Shown here: in pieces, positions 49,263-62,794 of the stretch
Layout: the number at the start of each line of letters is the position of its first letter
Numbering within the stretch: position 1 is the stretch's first letter
Source of the DNA: Somniosus microcephalus
Lineage: Eukaryota
Reading direction: 5' to 3'
Length of the DNA: 64,000 nucleotides
Assembly: GCA_052327205.1 (NCBI GenBank)
Contig: CM126204.1
Location: forward strand, 161,014,001-161,078,000
Position numbers and translations under genes: made by a program
The notes under the pieces: generated by a model
Databases searched by the model: none
What the model was told of the DNA's origin: nothing
Seen by the model: the letters and a program-made list of their open reading frames with translations, nothing else

Positions 49263-51140
49263 TCACTATGTTTATCTCATCTAATATTTCACACTCCTCT
49301 TCCTTAACTACAATGCCTGCATCGTCCCTCTCTTTTGTGAAGACAGACGCAAACTATTCATTAAGAACTATACCCAAGTCTTCCGCCTCCACACATATGC
49401 TTCCTTTTTGGTCTCTAATAGGCCCTACTTTCTTTAGTTATCCTCTTGCTCTTTATATATTTACATAAAACATCTTTGGGTTTTCCTTGATTTTAAGTAG
49501 ATTTTTAATGGCGTGATAAGTCTCAATTACTGCCAAAAAACCTCTCTGGCACTGAAAATTTACTTTTACACGTGTGGAGTCTCATTCCTTCAGATTTTGA
49601 TTATTGTTGGAGATTTAAAAACATTTTTAGAAGTACATTTTTTAACTTTTTCTTTCCATCACTTTTATCTCGCTCTCATAATCACATCTTCATCCTCTCG
49701 CTTTCTGTACATGATTTGGCATTGAATTCATTTTCAAACTTACACTTCCCTGCTTATTAAGAATTCTTCAATCTGATTGGTTAAGGAGATACACAGTTGC
49801 TTGTCTGTTTACACAGGTCGCAGATCCCCTGTAGAGGGCGCTGCGCTGTTTTGGATTTCTAATCACCGTCAGTTGCAGTGCAAAAGCCCACAGGAAAAGT
49901 CTGTGGACCAGCCATCAAGAGTGGGAGTCTGTATCTTGATAACGTTCCAGAAAAATGATTGTGGTCGCATTGTGTAAGAATCGCTTTCAAAGAGCGGATC
50001 AATTGCCCCAAAGGCTGCATCATTAGTGCAGTCATGTTGCATTAGTTTATTTCAGTCCTAGTGATATTGAGCTGGGTTTATGTACAAGTGGTACAGAGCA
50101 TTCACGTTACAAGTTCAGTGTAGACGAGCATCGGTTTTGGCTTCAAACTTGCAGTGTAAATTGGGTGTCAAAGCCTCAACTGAGTGGAAAGCGAGAGTCT
50201 GCTTCACTCCAATATCTGACTCTGTATTCAGACTGCGTTTTACACTAATGCTTCAAAGCGAAAACACTTGACACCAACATTAGGACTGCAACGCGACTCT
50301 GATCAAGATGACTGACTAACCGAGCAGGAAGGGGTGTGAATTCCCCTGTGCAGCTTCGAGCACCATGACTCCCGTTTCATCACTGCACACACCTACGCAG
50401 TGACGGGCCAGTTCCACCTGACACTTCAAAAAACACACACACTGGGCTCATTTCCGCAAGCGATAGCAGAGTTCTGCAGAAAGAAAAGAATTATAGTAGA
50501 ATACCCTGCGCAGCGAGGGGTTGGCAGAATGGTTAGATTGATCGAGTGCTGCAGATATTCTGCTGCAGGTTCGCCCCACTAACGGGGACACAGGGAGAAA
50601 ATATCGCCTTTCAAAGCATTAAACAGAACACCGCATGGAGAGCCCTCGGCGAGGAAGCTGTTGGATACCAGCGCTGAATCTATAGCCTTTCTAACCAGTC
50701 CCATCACCATGTGACCCAGTTATTTTACAGCGGGCCATCTGTTTCTTCATTCAAACAGTGGAACGATTGCCGCGTTCCTCCTGTTCTTTTCCCTGATCCC
50801 GGTGAAAGCGGTGTTGTTGGAGCTGCTTCATGTCAGGGTCGTGTTTCTGAAAGGGGGTGGGGTGGGGAAGACGAGACTGCTCAGCTCATTTCCTGTTTGT
50901 GCAGTGCAGATTGCCTTTAGAGGTTGTGAGTGGCGGAGCTCCTGTTCTGCTATCCTCTCTCTCACACACACACAGCTGAACATCCTGCTTTGCCAGACTC
51001 GCTGTTGATGTATGGATTCAGCCATAGGCTCGGCTCCTCGTTCATTGGCTGGCCAGAGAGAGGAGCGGGCCAGATTGGATGTCTGAGACGTGGATGAGGT
51101 TCTAAGCTGTTCTTTTGTCCCATCAACAATGTCTCAGCAG

Positions 51141-51335
51141 GATTTCGCCCGGAAGATCAAGGGGTACCAGGAGCAGATCGCCGCGCTGAATACCAAGTGC
51201 AAGATGTTGACTATGAAAGCGAAACATGCCACGATGCTGCTGACGGTCACTGAGGTGGAGGGGCTCTCTGAAGGGATGGAGGAGCTGGATGGAGAACCCT
51301 TGCCCACGCACTCAGCCCACCCTTCCGTGGTGATG
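51141..51335 (+). CDS. SYNE1: Nesprin-1 exon N
   Basis: CAGCAG acceptor, ATG|GTAAGA donor. KIKGYQEQIAALNTKCKMLTMKAKHATMLLTVTEVEGL...SAHPSVVM. Confidence 0.95.
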
Positions 51336-51693
51336 GTAAGATTGCTAACTTTCCTCCTCCCCTAATCATTGCTTACCGACTGCACTAACGTAATATCACC
51401 CTCCCGCTTCAATAACCTGCTGGATCTCATTGCCTGTCGTGTGCGAGTTAACCCTTTCCCTCCTGGAACGTTTCCCCAGTAACACACTGATGGAGATTTC
51501 TCTCAGATAGTGAAGGGGGTGGGGTTGGTTAACGCTAATTGTTGTTGTGAGTTTTTATTCCGATCTGTTTCACATTACTCGAGAAAGGTTGTAATATTTT
51601 CAATGATTTGTACTGTACAGTGTGATTAAATGTAACCCCCGCCCTGATCTCTCTCTTATTAAATTCTGTTCCTTCTGGCTTGGCTTGTATCAG

Positions 51694-51834
51694 ATGACAG
51701 CCGGGCGCTGTCATACGCTACTCTCACCTGTCACTGAGGAGTCTGGGGAAGAGGGGACCAACAGTGAGCTTTCCTCTCCGACAGCTTGTCGCTCTCCCTC
51801 ACCTGTGGCTAATGCTGATGTGTCTGTTAACCAG
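51694..51834 (+). CDS. SYNE1: Nesprin-1 exon O (47 aa, Ser/Glu-rich)
   Basis: TATCAG acceptor, CAG|GTACTA donor. MTAGRCHTLLSPVTEESGEEGTNSELSSPTACRSPSPVANADVSVNQ. Confidence 0.95.
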
Positions 51835-54705
51835 GTACTATCTTCTGCACAATCCTTTACACTGATCGCATGCTTAATCAGTAATTAGACATCACATTAC
51901 TCTTGTGTATCTGGTCATTGCGTGCCTCGTATTCGTTAGAAGGGTGTTATCCTGTAGAATATATAATGCTGAATAATATACTGTAGACCCAAAGCTCATC
52001 ATGTGTAGAGATGGTTAGAGGTAAATTACAGATCATAGATAGAGTCATAGAGTTATACAGCACAGAAAGAGGCCCTTCGGCCCATCGCGTCCGCGCCGAC
52101 CATCAAGCCCTGTCTAATCATTAGAACATTATCCTGAAATTCAAGAGTGAGACAAGGCCATTCATTCATTCATTCCTCTGGTACCTGAAATCACCCATTG
52201 AAGACGAGCCCTCCAGGACCCTATCAAACCCATTTAAGACCATCACTCCAGTGCCCTACCTCACCCATTGAAGCCCATCCCTCCAGTACCATACCTCACC
52301 CATTGAAGCCCATCCCTCCAGTAGCCTAACTCACCCATTGAAGGCTATCCCTCCAGAACCCTAGCGCACCCATTGAAGCACATCACTCCAATACCCTACC
52401 TCACCCACAGAAGCTTATCACTCCAGTACCCTAACTCACCCATTGAAGCACTTCCCTCCAGAACCCTAACTCAGCCATTGAAGTCCATTACTCCAGTACC
52501 CTAACTCACCCATTGAAGCCCATCCCTCCAGAAACCTAACTCAGCCATTGCAGCCCATTACTCCAGTACCCTAACTCACCCCATTGAAGCCCATCCCTCT
52601 AGTACGCTAACTCACCGATTGAAGCCCATCCCTCCAGTACGCTAACTCACCCATTCAAGCCCATCCCTATAGCATCCTAACTCACCCATTGAAGCCCATT
52701 CCTCTAGTACCCTAACTCACCCATTGAAGCCCATCCCTCTAGTACCCTACCTCACACATCAATGCCCATCCCTCTAGTATCCAAACTCATCCATTGAAGC
52801 ACATCCCTCTAGTACCCTAACTCACCCCATTGAAGCCCATCCCTCTACAACCCTACCTCACCCATTGAAGCCCATCCCTCCAGTAACCTAACTCGCCCAT
52901 TGAAGCCCATCCCTCTAGTACCCTAATTCACCAATTGAAGCCCATCCCGCCAGAACCCTACCTCACCCATTGAAGCCCATCCCTATAGTATCCTAACTCA
53001 CCCATTGAAGCCCATCCCTCCAGTATCCTACCTCACCCTTTGAAGCCCTTCCCGCTAGTACCCTAACTCCACCATTGAAGCCCATCCCTCTAGTACCTTA
53101 ACACGCCCATTGAAGCCCATCCCTCTAGCACCCTACCTCAGCCATTGAAGCCCATCCCTCTAGTACCCTAACTGACCCATTGAAGCCCATTCTTCTAGTA
53201 TCCAAACTCACCCAATGATGCCCATCCCTCTAGTACCATACCTCACCCATTGAGGTCCATCCCTCTAGTACCCTAATTCACCCATTGAAGCCCATTACTC
53301 CATTACCCTAACTCACCCCATTGAAGCCCATCCCTCTAGTAGCCTACCTCACCCATCGATGCCCATCCCTCTTGGATCCGAACTCACCCATTGACGCCCA
53401 TCCCTCTAGTACCCTAACTCCCCCATTGAAGCCTATCTCTCTAGTACCTTACCTCACCCATTGAAGCCCATCTCTCTAGTCCCTTACCTCACCCATTGAA
53501 GCCCATCTCTCTAGTACCTTACCTCACCCATGGACGCCCATCCCTCTAGTACCTTACCTCACCCATTGAAGCCCACCTCTCTAGTACCTTACCTCACCCA
53601 TGGACGCCCATCCCTCTAGTACCTTACCTCACCCATTGAAGCCCATTCATCTAGTACCCAAACTCACCCATTGAAGTCCATCCCTCTAGTACCCAAACTC
53701 ACCCATTGAGGCCCATCCCGCTAGTACCCTAACTCACCCATTCAAGCCCATCGCTCCAGAAACCTAACTCACCCATTGAAGCCCATTACTCCAGTACCCT
53801 AACTCACCCCATTGAAGCACATCCCTCTAGCTCCCTATCTCACCCTTGAAGTCCATCCCTCTAGTACCCAAACTCACCCATTGAGGCCCATCCCGCTAGT
53901 ACCCTAACTCACCCATTCAAGCCCATCCCTCCAGAAACCTAACTCACCCATTGAAGCCCATTACTCCAGTACCCTAACTCACCCCATTGAAGCACATCCC
54001 TCTAGCCCCCTATCTCACCCTTGAAGCCCATCCCTCTAGTACCCTACCTCACCCATTGAAGCCCATCCCTCTAGTACCCTACCTCACCCATTGAATCCCA
54101 TCTCTCTAGTAACCTAACTCACCCCATTGAAGCCCATCCCTCTAGTACCCTACCTCACCCATTGAAGCCCATCCCTCTAGTACCCTACCTCATCCATTGA
54201 AGCCCATTCCTCTAGTACCCTAACTCACCCACTGAAGCCCATCCCTCTAGTACCCTAACTCACCCATTGAAGCCCATCCCTCCAGCAACCTACCTCACCC
54301 ATTGAAGCCCATCCCTCTAGTACCCTCACTCACCCATTGAAGCCCATCCCTCCAGTAACCTACCTCACCCATTGAAGCCCATCCCTCTAGTACCCTAACT
54401 CACCCATTGAAGCCCATCCCTCTAGTACCCTAACTCATCCATAAAGCCCATCCCTCTAGTAACCTAACTCACCCCATTGAAGCCCATCACTCGAGTACCC
54501 TACCTCACCCATTGAAGCCCATCCCTCCAGTACCCTAACTCACCCACTGAAGCCCATCCCTCTAGTACCCTAACTCATCCATTAAAGCCCATCTCTCTAG
54601 TACCCTAACTCATCCATTAAAGCCCATCCCTCTAGTAACCTAACTCACCCCATTGAAGCCCATCACTCGAGTACCCTACCTCACCCATTGAAGCCCATCC
54701 CTCCA

Positions 54706-55068
54706 GGGCAGCACGGTGGCATAGTGGTTAGCACTGTTGCCTCACAGCGCCAGGGACCCGGGTTCGAATCCGGCCTCGGGTGACTGTCTGTGTGGAGTTT
54801 GCACATTCTCCCCGTGTTTGCGTGGGTTTCCTCCGGGTGCTCCGGTTTCCTCCCACAGTCCAAAGATGTGCGGGTTAGGTTGATTGGCTATGATAAATTG
54901 ACCCTTAGTGTTAGGGGGATTAAATACGTGGGGTTACGGGGATAGGGTGGGGTATGTGTTGGTGTAGGGGTTACGGGGATCGGGTGGGATATGTGTCGGT
55001 GCAGGCTCGATGGGCCGAAATGGCCTCTATCTGCATTGTGGGGTTTCTGTGATTCTGTGATTCTGTGA
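54706..55068 (+). mobile_element. tRNA-derived V-SINE (HE1-like), copy 1
   Basis: A box TGGCATAGTGG, B box GGTTCGAATCC, V domain (GTGGAGTTTGCACATTCTCCCCGTG...CAGTCCAAAGATGTG), CR1-type tail ending in (GATTCTGT)n. Confidence 0.92.
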
Positions 55069-56332
55069 TACCCTAACTCACCCCATTGAAGCCCATCCCT
55101 CCAGTACCCTACCTCACCCATCGATGCCCATCCCTCTAGCATCCGAACTCACCCATTGAAGCCCATCCCTCTAGTACCATACCTCACCCATTGAAGCCCA
55201 TCCCTCTAGTATTCTAACTCACCCCTTGAAGCACATCCCTCTAGTACCCTAACTGACCCATTGACGCACATCCCTCCGGAACCCTACCTCACCCATCGAT
55301 GCCCATCCCTCTAGTATCCAAACTCACCCATTGAAACCCATCCCTCTAGTATCCTAACTCACCCATTGATGCCCATCCCTCTGGTATCCAAACACACCCA
55401 TTGAAGCCCATCCCTCTAGTATCCAAACTCACCCATTGAAACCCATCCCTCTAGTTCCCTAACTCACCCATTGAAGCCCATCCCTCCAGAAACCTAACTC
55501 ACCCCATTGAAGCCCATTACTCCAGTACCTTAACTCACCCCGTTGAAGCCCATCCCTCGAGTAACCTAACTAACCCATTGAAGCCCATCCCTCTAATACT
55601 CTAACTCACCCATTGAAGCCCATCCCTATAGTATCATAACTCACCCATTGAAGCCCATCCCTCCAGTACCCTACCTCACCCTTTGAAGCCCTTCCCGCTA
55701 CTGCCCTAACTCACCCATTGAAGCCCATCCCTCTAGTACCCTAACTCACCCATTGAAGCCCATCGCTCCAGTATCCTAACTCACTCATTGAAGCCCATCC
55801 CTCTAGTACCCTAACTCACCCATCGATGCCCATCCCTCTAGTATCCGAACTCACCCATTGAAGCCCATCCCTCTAGTACCCGAACTCACCCATTGAAGTC
55901 CATCCCTCCAGTACCGTAAATAACCCATTGAAGCCCATCCCTCCAGAAACCTAACTCACCCATTGAAGCCCATTACTCCAGTACTCTAACTCACCCCATT
56001 GAAACACATCCCTCCAGTAACCGAACTCACCCATTGAAGCCCATCCCTCCAGTACCATACCTCACCCATTGAAGCACATTCCTCTAGTACCCTACCTCAC
56101 ACTTTGAAGACCATCCCGCTACTACCCTAACTCACCCATTGAAGCCCATCCTCCCAGTACCTTAACTCACCCATTGAAGCCCATCCCTCTAGTACCCTAA
56201 CTCATCCATTAAAGCCCATCTCTCTAGTACCCTAACTCATCCATTAAAGCCCATCCCTCTAGTAACCTAACTCACCCCATTGAAGCCCATCACTCGAGTA
56301 CCCTACCTCACCCATTGAAGCCCATCCCTCCA

Positions 56333-56695
56333 GGGCAGCACGGTGGCATAGTGGTTAGCACTGTTGCCTCACAGCGCCAGGGACCCGGGTTCGAATCCGG
56401 CCTCGGGTGACTGTCTGTGTGGAGTTTGCACATTCTCCCCGTGTTTGCGTGGGTTTCCTCCGGGTGCTCCGGTTTCCTCCCACAGTCCAAAGATGTGCGG
56501 GTTAGGTTGATTGGCTATGATAAATTGACCCTTAGTGTTAGGGGGATTAAATACGTGGGGTTACGGGGATAGGGTGGGGTATGTGTTGGTGTAGGGGTTA
56601 CGGGGATCGGGTGGGATATGTGTCGGTGCAGGCTCGATGGGCCGAAATGGCCTCTATCTGCATTGTGGGGTTTCTGTGATTCTGTGATTCTGTGA
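56333..56695 (+). mobile_element. V-SINE (HE1-like), copy 2
   Basis: Appears identical to copy 1 including flanks; offset 1627 bp. Confidence 0.92.
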
Positions 56696-59600
56696 TACCC
56701 TAACTCACCCCATTGAAGCCCATCCCTCCAGTACCCTACCTCACCCATCGATGCCCATCCCTCTAGCATCCGAACTCACCCATTGAAGCCCATCCCTCTA
56801 GTACCATACCTCACCCATTGAAGCCCATCCCTCTAGTATTCTAACTCACCCCTTGAAGCACATCCCTCTAGTACCCTAACTGACCCATTGACGCACATCC
56901 CTCCGGAACCCTACCTCACCCATCGATGCCCATCCCTCTAGTATCCAAACTCACCCATTGAAACCCATCCCTCTAGTATCCTAACTCACCCATTGATGCC
57001 CATCCCTCTGGTATCCAAACACACCCATTGAAGCCCATCCCTCTAGTATCCAAACTCACCCATTGAAACCCATCCCTCTAGTTCCCTAACTCACCCATTG
57101 AAGCCCATCCCTCCAGAAACCTAACTCACCCCATTGAAGCCCATTACTCCAGTACCTTAACTCACCCCGTTGAAGCCCATCCCTCGAGTAACCTAACTAA
57201 CCCATTGAAGCCCATCCCTCTAATACTCTAACTCACCCATTGAAGCCCATCCCTATAGTATCATAACTCACCCATTGAAGCCCATCCCTCCAGTACCCTA
57301 CCTCACCCTTTGAAGCCCTTCCCGCTACTGCCCTAACTCACCCATTGAAGCCCATCCCTCTAGTACCCTAACTCACCCATTGAAGCCCATCGCTCCAGTA
57401 TCCTAACTCACTCATTGAAGCCCATCCCTCTAGTACCCTAACTCACCCATCGATGCCCATCCCTCTAGTATCCGAACTCACCCATTGAAGCCCATCCCTC
57501 TAGTACCCGAACTCACCCATTGAAGTCCATCCCTCCAGTACCGTAAATAACCCATTGAAGCCCATCCCTCCAGAAACCTAACTCACCCATTGAAGCCCAT
57601 TACTCCAGTACTCTAACTCACCCCATTGAAACACATCCCTCCAGTAACCGAACTCACCCATTGAAGCCCATCCCTCCAGTACCATACCTCACCCATTGAA
57701 GCACATTCCTCTAGTACCCTACCTCACACTTTGAAGACCATCCCGCTACTACCCTAACTCACCCATTGAAGCCCATCCTCCCAGTACCTTAACTCACCCA
57801 TTGAAGCCCATCCCTCTAGTACCCTACCTCACCCATTGAACCCATCCCTCTAGTACTATAACTGCCCCATTGAAGCCCATCCCACTAGTATCCTACCTCA
57901 CCCATTGAAGCCCATTCCTATAGTATCCTAACTCACCCATTGAAGCCCATCCCTCTAGTACCCTAACTGACCCATTGAAGCCCATTCCTCTAGCACCCTA
58001 CCTCACCAATTGAAGCCCATCCCTATAGTATCCTAACTCACCCATTGAAGCCCATCCCTCTAGTACCCTAACACCCATTGAAGCCCATCCCTCCAGTACC
58101 TTAGCTCACCCATTGATGCCCATCCCTCTAGTACCCTAACACTCATTGAAGCCCATCCCTCCAGTACCCTACCTCACCCATTGAAGCCCATCCCTCTAGT
58201 ACCCTACCTCACCCATCGATGCCCATCCCTCTAGTATCCGAACTCACCCATTGAAGCCCATCCCTCTAGTACCCTACCTGACCCATTGAAGCCCATCCTT
58301 CTAGTACCCTACCTCACCCATTGAAGCACATCCCTCTAGTATCCTAACTCACCCATTGAAGCCCATCCCTCTAGTAACCTAACTCACCCCATTGAAGCCC
58401 ATCCCTCTAGTACTCTACCTCACCCATTGAAGCCCATCCCTCCAGTACCCTACCTCACCCATTGAAGCCCATCCCTCCAGTACCCTAACTCTGCCATTGA
58501 AGCCCATCCCTCTAGTACCCTAACTGACCCATTGATGCCCATCCCTCCAGTATCCGAACTCACCCATTGAAGCCCATCCCTCTAGTACCTTAACTGACCC
58601 ATTGAAGCCCATTCCTCTAGTACCCTACCTCACCCATCGATGCCCATCCCTCTAGTACCCTAACTCACCCCATTGAAGTCCATCCCTCTAGTACCCTACC
58701 TCACCCATCGATGCCCATCCCTCTAGTATCCTAACTCACCCATTGAAGCCCATCCCTAGAAAACGAACTCTTCCCATTGAAGCCCATTACTCCAGTACCC
58801 TAACTCACCCCATTGAAGCACATCCCTCTTGTACCCTAACTCACCCATTGAAGCCCATCCCTCCAGTACCTTAATTCACCAATTGAAGCCCATCTCTCCA
58901 GAACCCTACCTCACCCATTGAAGCCCATCCCTCCAGTACCATGCGTCACCCATTGAAGCCCATCCCTCCAGTACCTTAACTCACCCATTGATGCCTATCC
59001 CTCTAGTATCCTAACTGACCCATTGAAGCCCATCCCTTTGGTACCCTAACTGACCCATTGAAGCCCATCCCTCTAGTACCCTAACTCACCCCATTGAAGC
59101 CCATCCCTCTAGTACCCTAACTCACCCATTGAAGCCCATCCCTATATTATCATAACTCACCCATTGAAGCCCATCCCTCTAGTACCCTTCCTCACCCATT
59201 GAAGCCCATCCCTCCAGTACCCTAACTCACCCATTGAAGCCCATCGCTCCAGTACCTTAACTCACCCATTGAAGCCCATCCCTCCAGTACCCTAACTCAC
59301 CCATTGAAGACCATCCCTCTAGTACCCTACCTCACCCATTGAAGCCCATCCCTCCAGTACCTTAACTCACCCATTGAAGCCCATCCCTCCAGTACCCTAA
59401 CTCACCCATTGAAGCCCATCCCTCCAGTACCTTAACTCACCCATTGAAGCTCATCCCTCCAGTACCTTAACTCACCCATTGAAGCCCATCCCTCCAGTAC
59501 CCTAACTCACCCATTGAAGCCCATCCCTCTAGTACCCTACCTCACCAATTGAAGCCCATCCCTCTAGTATCCTAACTCACCCATTGAAGCCCATTCCTCT

Positions 59601-62600
59601 AGTACCCTAACTCACCCATTGAAGCACATCCCTCTGGGACCCTAACTGACCCATTGACGCACATCCCTCCGGAACCCAAACTCACCCATTGAAGCCCATC
59701 CCTCTAGTACCCTACCTCACCCATTGAAGCCGATCCCTTCAGTATCCTAACTCACCCATTGAAGCCCATCCCTCTAGTACCCTACCTCACCCATCGATGC
59801 CCATCCCTCTAATGTCCGAACTCACCCAATTGACGCGCATCCCTCCAGTACATTAACTCACCCATTGAAGCACATCCCTCTAGTACCCTAACTCACACAT
59901 TGAAGCCCATCCCTCTCGTACCATACCTCTCCCATTGAAGCCCATCCCTCTAGCATCCTAACTCACCCATTGAAGCACATCCCTCTAGTACCCTAACTGA
60001 CACATTGACGCACATCCCTCCAGAACCCTAACTCACCCATTGAAGCCCATCCCTCCAGTACCCTGATTCACCAATTGAAGCCCATCCCTCCAGAACCCTA
60101 CCTCACCCATTGAAGCCCATCCCTCCAGTACCCTAACTCACCCATTGAAGCCCATCCCTCCAGTAGCCTAACTCGCCCCATTGAAGCCCATCCCTCTAGT
60201 ATCCTAACTCACCCATTGAAGCCCATCCCTCTAGTATCCTAACTCACCCATTGAAGCCCATCCCTCTAGTACTCTACCTCACCCATTGAAGCCCATCCCT
60301 CCAGTACCCTACCTCACCCTTTGAAGCCCTTCCCGCTAGTACCCTAACTGACCCATTGATGCCCATCCCTCCAGTATCCGAACTCACCCATTGAAGCCCA
60401 TCCCTCTAGTACCTTAACTGACCCATTGAAGCCCATTCCTCTAGTATCCTAACTCACCCCATGGAAGCCCATCCCTCTAGTACCCTACCTCACCCATCGA
60501 TGCCCATCCCTCTAGTACCCTAACTCACCCCATTGAAGTCCATCCCTCTAGTACCCTACCTCACCCATCGATGCCCATCCCTCTAGTATCCTAACTCACC
60601 CATTGAAGCCCATCCCTAGAAAACAAACTCACCCCATTGAAGCCCATTACTCCAGTACCCTAACTCACCCCATTGAAGCACATCCCTCTTGTACCCTAAC
60701 TCACCCATTGAAGCCCATCCCTCTAGTACCCTAACACCCCATTGAAGCCCATCCCTCTAGTACCCTACCTCACCCATTGAAGCCCATCCCTCCAGTACCC
60801 TAATTCACCAATTGAAGCCCATCTCTCCAGAACCCTACCTCACCCATTGAAGCCCATCCCTCCAGTACCATGCGTCACCCATTGAAGCCCATCCCTCCAG
60901 TACCCTAACTCACCCATTGAAGCCCATCCCTCCAGTACCTTAACTCACCCATTGAAGCCCATCCCTACAGTACCCTAACTCACCCATTGAAGCCCATCCC
61001 TTTGGTACCCTAACTGACCCATTGAAGCCCATCCCTCTAGTACCCTACCTCACCCATTGAAGCCCATCACTCCAGTACCCTAACTCACCCATTGAAGCCC
61101 ATCGCTCCAGTACCTTAACTCACCCATTGAAGCCCATCCCTCCAGTACCCTAACGCACCCATTGAAGCCCATCCCTCCAGTACCTTAACTCACCCATTGA
61201 AGCCCATCCCTCCAGTACCCTAACTCACCCGTTGAAGCCCATCCCTCCAGTACCTTAACTCACCCATTGAAGCCCATCCCTCTAGTACCCTACCTCACCA
61301 ATTGAAGCCCATCCCTCTAGTATACTAACTCACCCATTGAAGCCCATCCCTCTAGTACCCTAACTCACCCATTGAAGCACATCCCTCTGGTACCCTAACT
61401 GACCCATTGACGCACATCCCTCCGGAACCCTAACTCACCCATTGAAGCCCATCCCTCTAGTACCCTACCTCACCCATTGAAGCCGATCCCTTCAGTATCC
61501 TAACTCACCCATTGAAGCCCATCCCTCTAGTACCCTACCTCACCCATTGAAGCACATCCCTCTGGTACCCTAACTGACCCATTGACGCACATCCGTCCGG
61601 AACCCTAACTCACCCATTGAAGCCCATCCCTCTAGTACCCTACCTCACCCATTGAAGCCGATCCCTTCAGTATCCTAACTCACCCATTGAAGCCCATCCC
61701 TCTAGTACCCTACCTCACCCATCGATGCCCATCCCTCTAATGTCCGAACTCACCCAATTGACGCGCATCCCTCCAGTACATTAACTCACCCATTGAAGCA
61801 CATCCCTCTAGTACCCTAACTCACGCATTGAAGCCCATCCCTCTCGTGCCTTACCTCTCCCATTGAAGCCCATCCCTCTAGCATCCTAACTCACCCATTG
61901 AAGCACATCCCTCTAGTACCCTAACTGACACATTGAGGCACATCCCTCCAGAACCCTAACTCACCCATTGAAGCCCATCCCTCCAGTACCCTGATTCACC
62001 AATTGAAGCCCATCCCTCCAGAACCCTACCTCACCCATTGAAGCCCATCCCTCTAGTACCTTAACTGACCCATTGAAGCCCATTCCTCTAGTATCCTAAC
62101 TCACCCCATGGAAGCCCATCCCTCTAGTACCCTACCTCACCCATCGATGCCCATCCCTCTAGTATCCTAACTCACCCATTGAAGCCCATCCCTAGAAAAC
62201 TAACTCACCCCATTGAAGCCCATTACTCCAGTACCCTAACTCACCCCATTGAAGCACATCCCTCTTGTACTCTAACTCACCCATTGAAGCCCATCCCTCT
62301 AGTACCCTAACACCCCATTGAAGCCCATCCCTCTAGTACCCTACCTCACCCATTGAAGCCCATCCCTCTAGTACCCTGATTCACCAATTGAAGCCCATCC
62401 CTCCAGAACCCTATTGACCCATTGAAGCCCATCCCTCCAGTACCATACCTCACCCATGGAAGCCCATCCCTCTTGTACCCTAACTCACCCATTGAAGCCC
62501 ATCCCTCTAGTACCCTACCTCACCCATTGAAGCCCACCCCTCTAGTACCCTACCTCACCCATTGAAGCCCATCCCTCTAGTATCCTAACTCACCCATTGA

Positions 62601-62794
62601 AGCCCATACCTCCAGTACCCCAACTGCTGGCCCTGCCCAGATCTCAGGCTAGGATTCAGACCTGGAGCCTTCTGCTCGTGTGCCACACCAGGCCAGCAGG
62701 GAGCAGCAGTTTGCACAGAGAAGGTACAATATGTAAGAGGCATTTCCCCCCTTTTTGTTCAATTGCTTTGAATAAAATATCTGCTGCTGACCTA

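Larger units (their letters stand above)
52190..62620. repeat. 35-bp satellite (CCCATTGAAGCCCATCCCTCTAGTACCCTAACTCA)n, roughly 275 units
   Basis: Visible periodicity; contains two SINE copies and kb-scale duplications. Confidence 0.98.

Noticed and set aside
54706-54785. tRNA gene
   Set aside because: The A/B boxes belong to a SINE head followed by a V domain and a LINE-derived tail.
52190-62620. CRISPR array or interstitial telomere
   Set aside because: Contiguous monomers with no unique spacers and no cas genes, in a eukaryotic intron; at most one isolated CCCTAA per unit.
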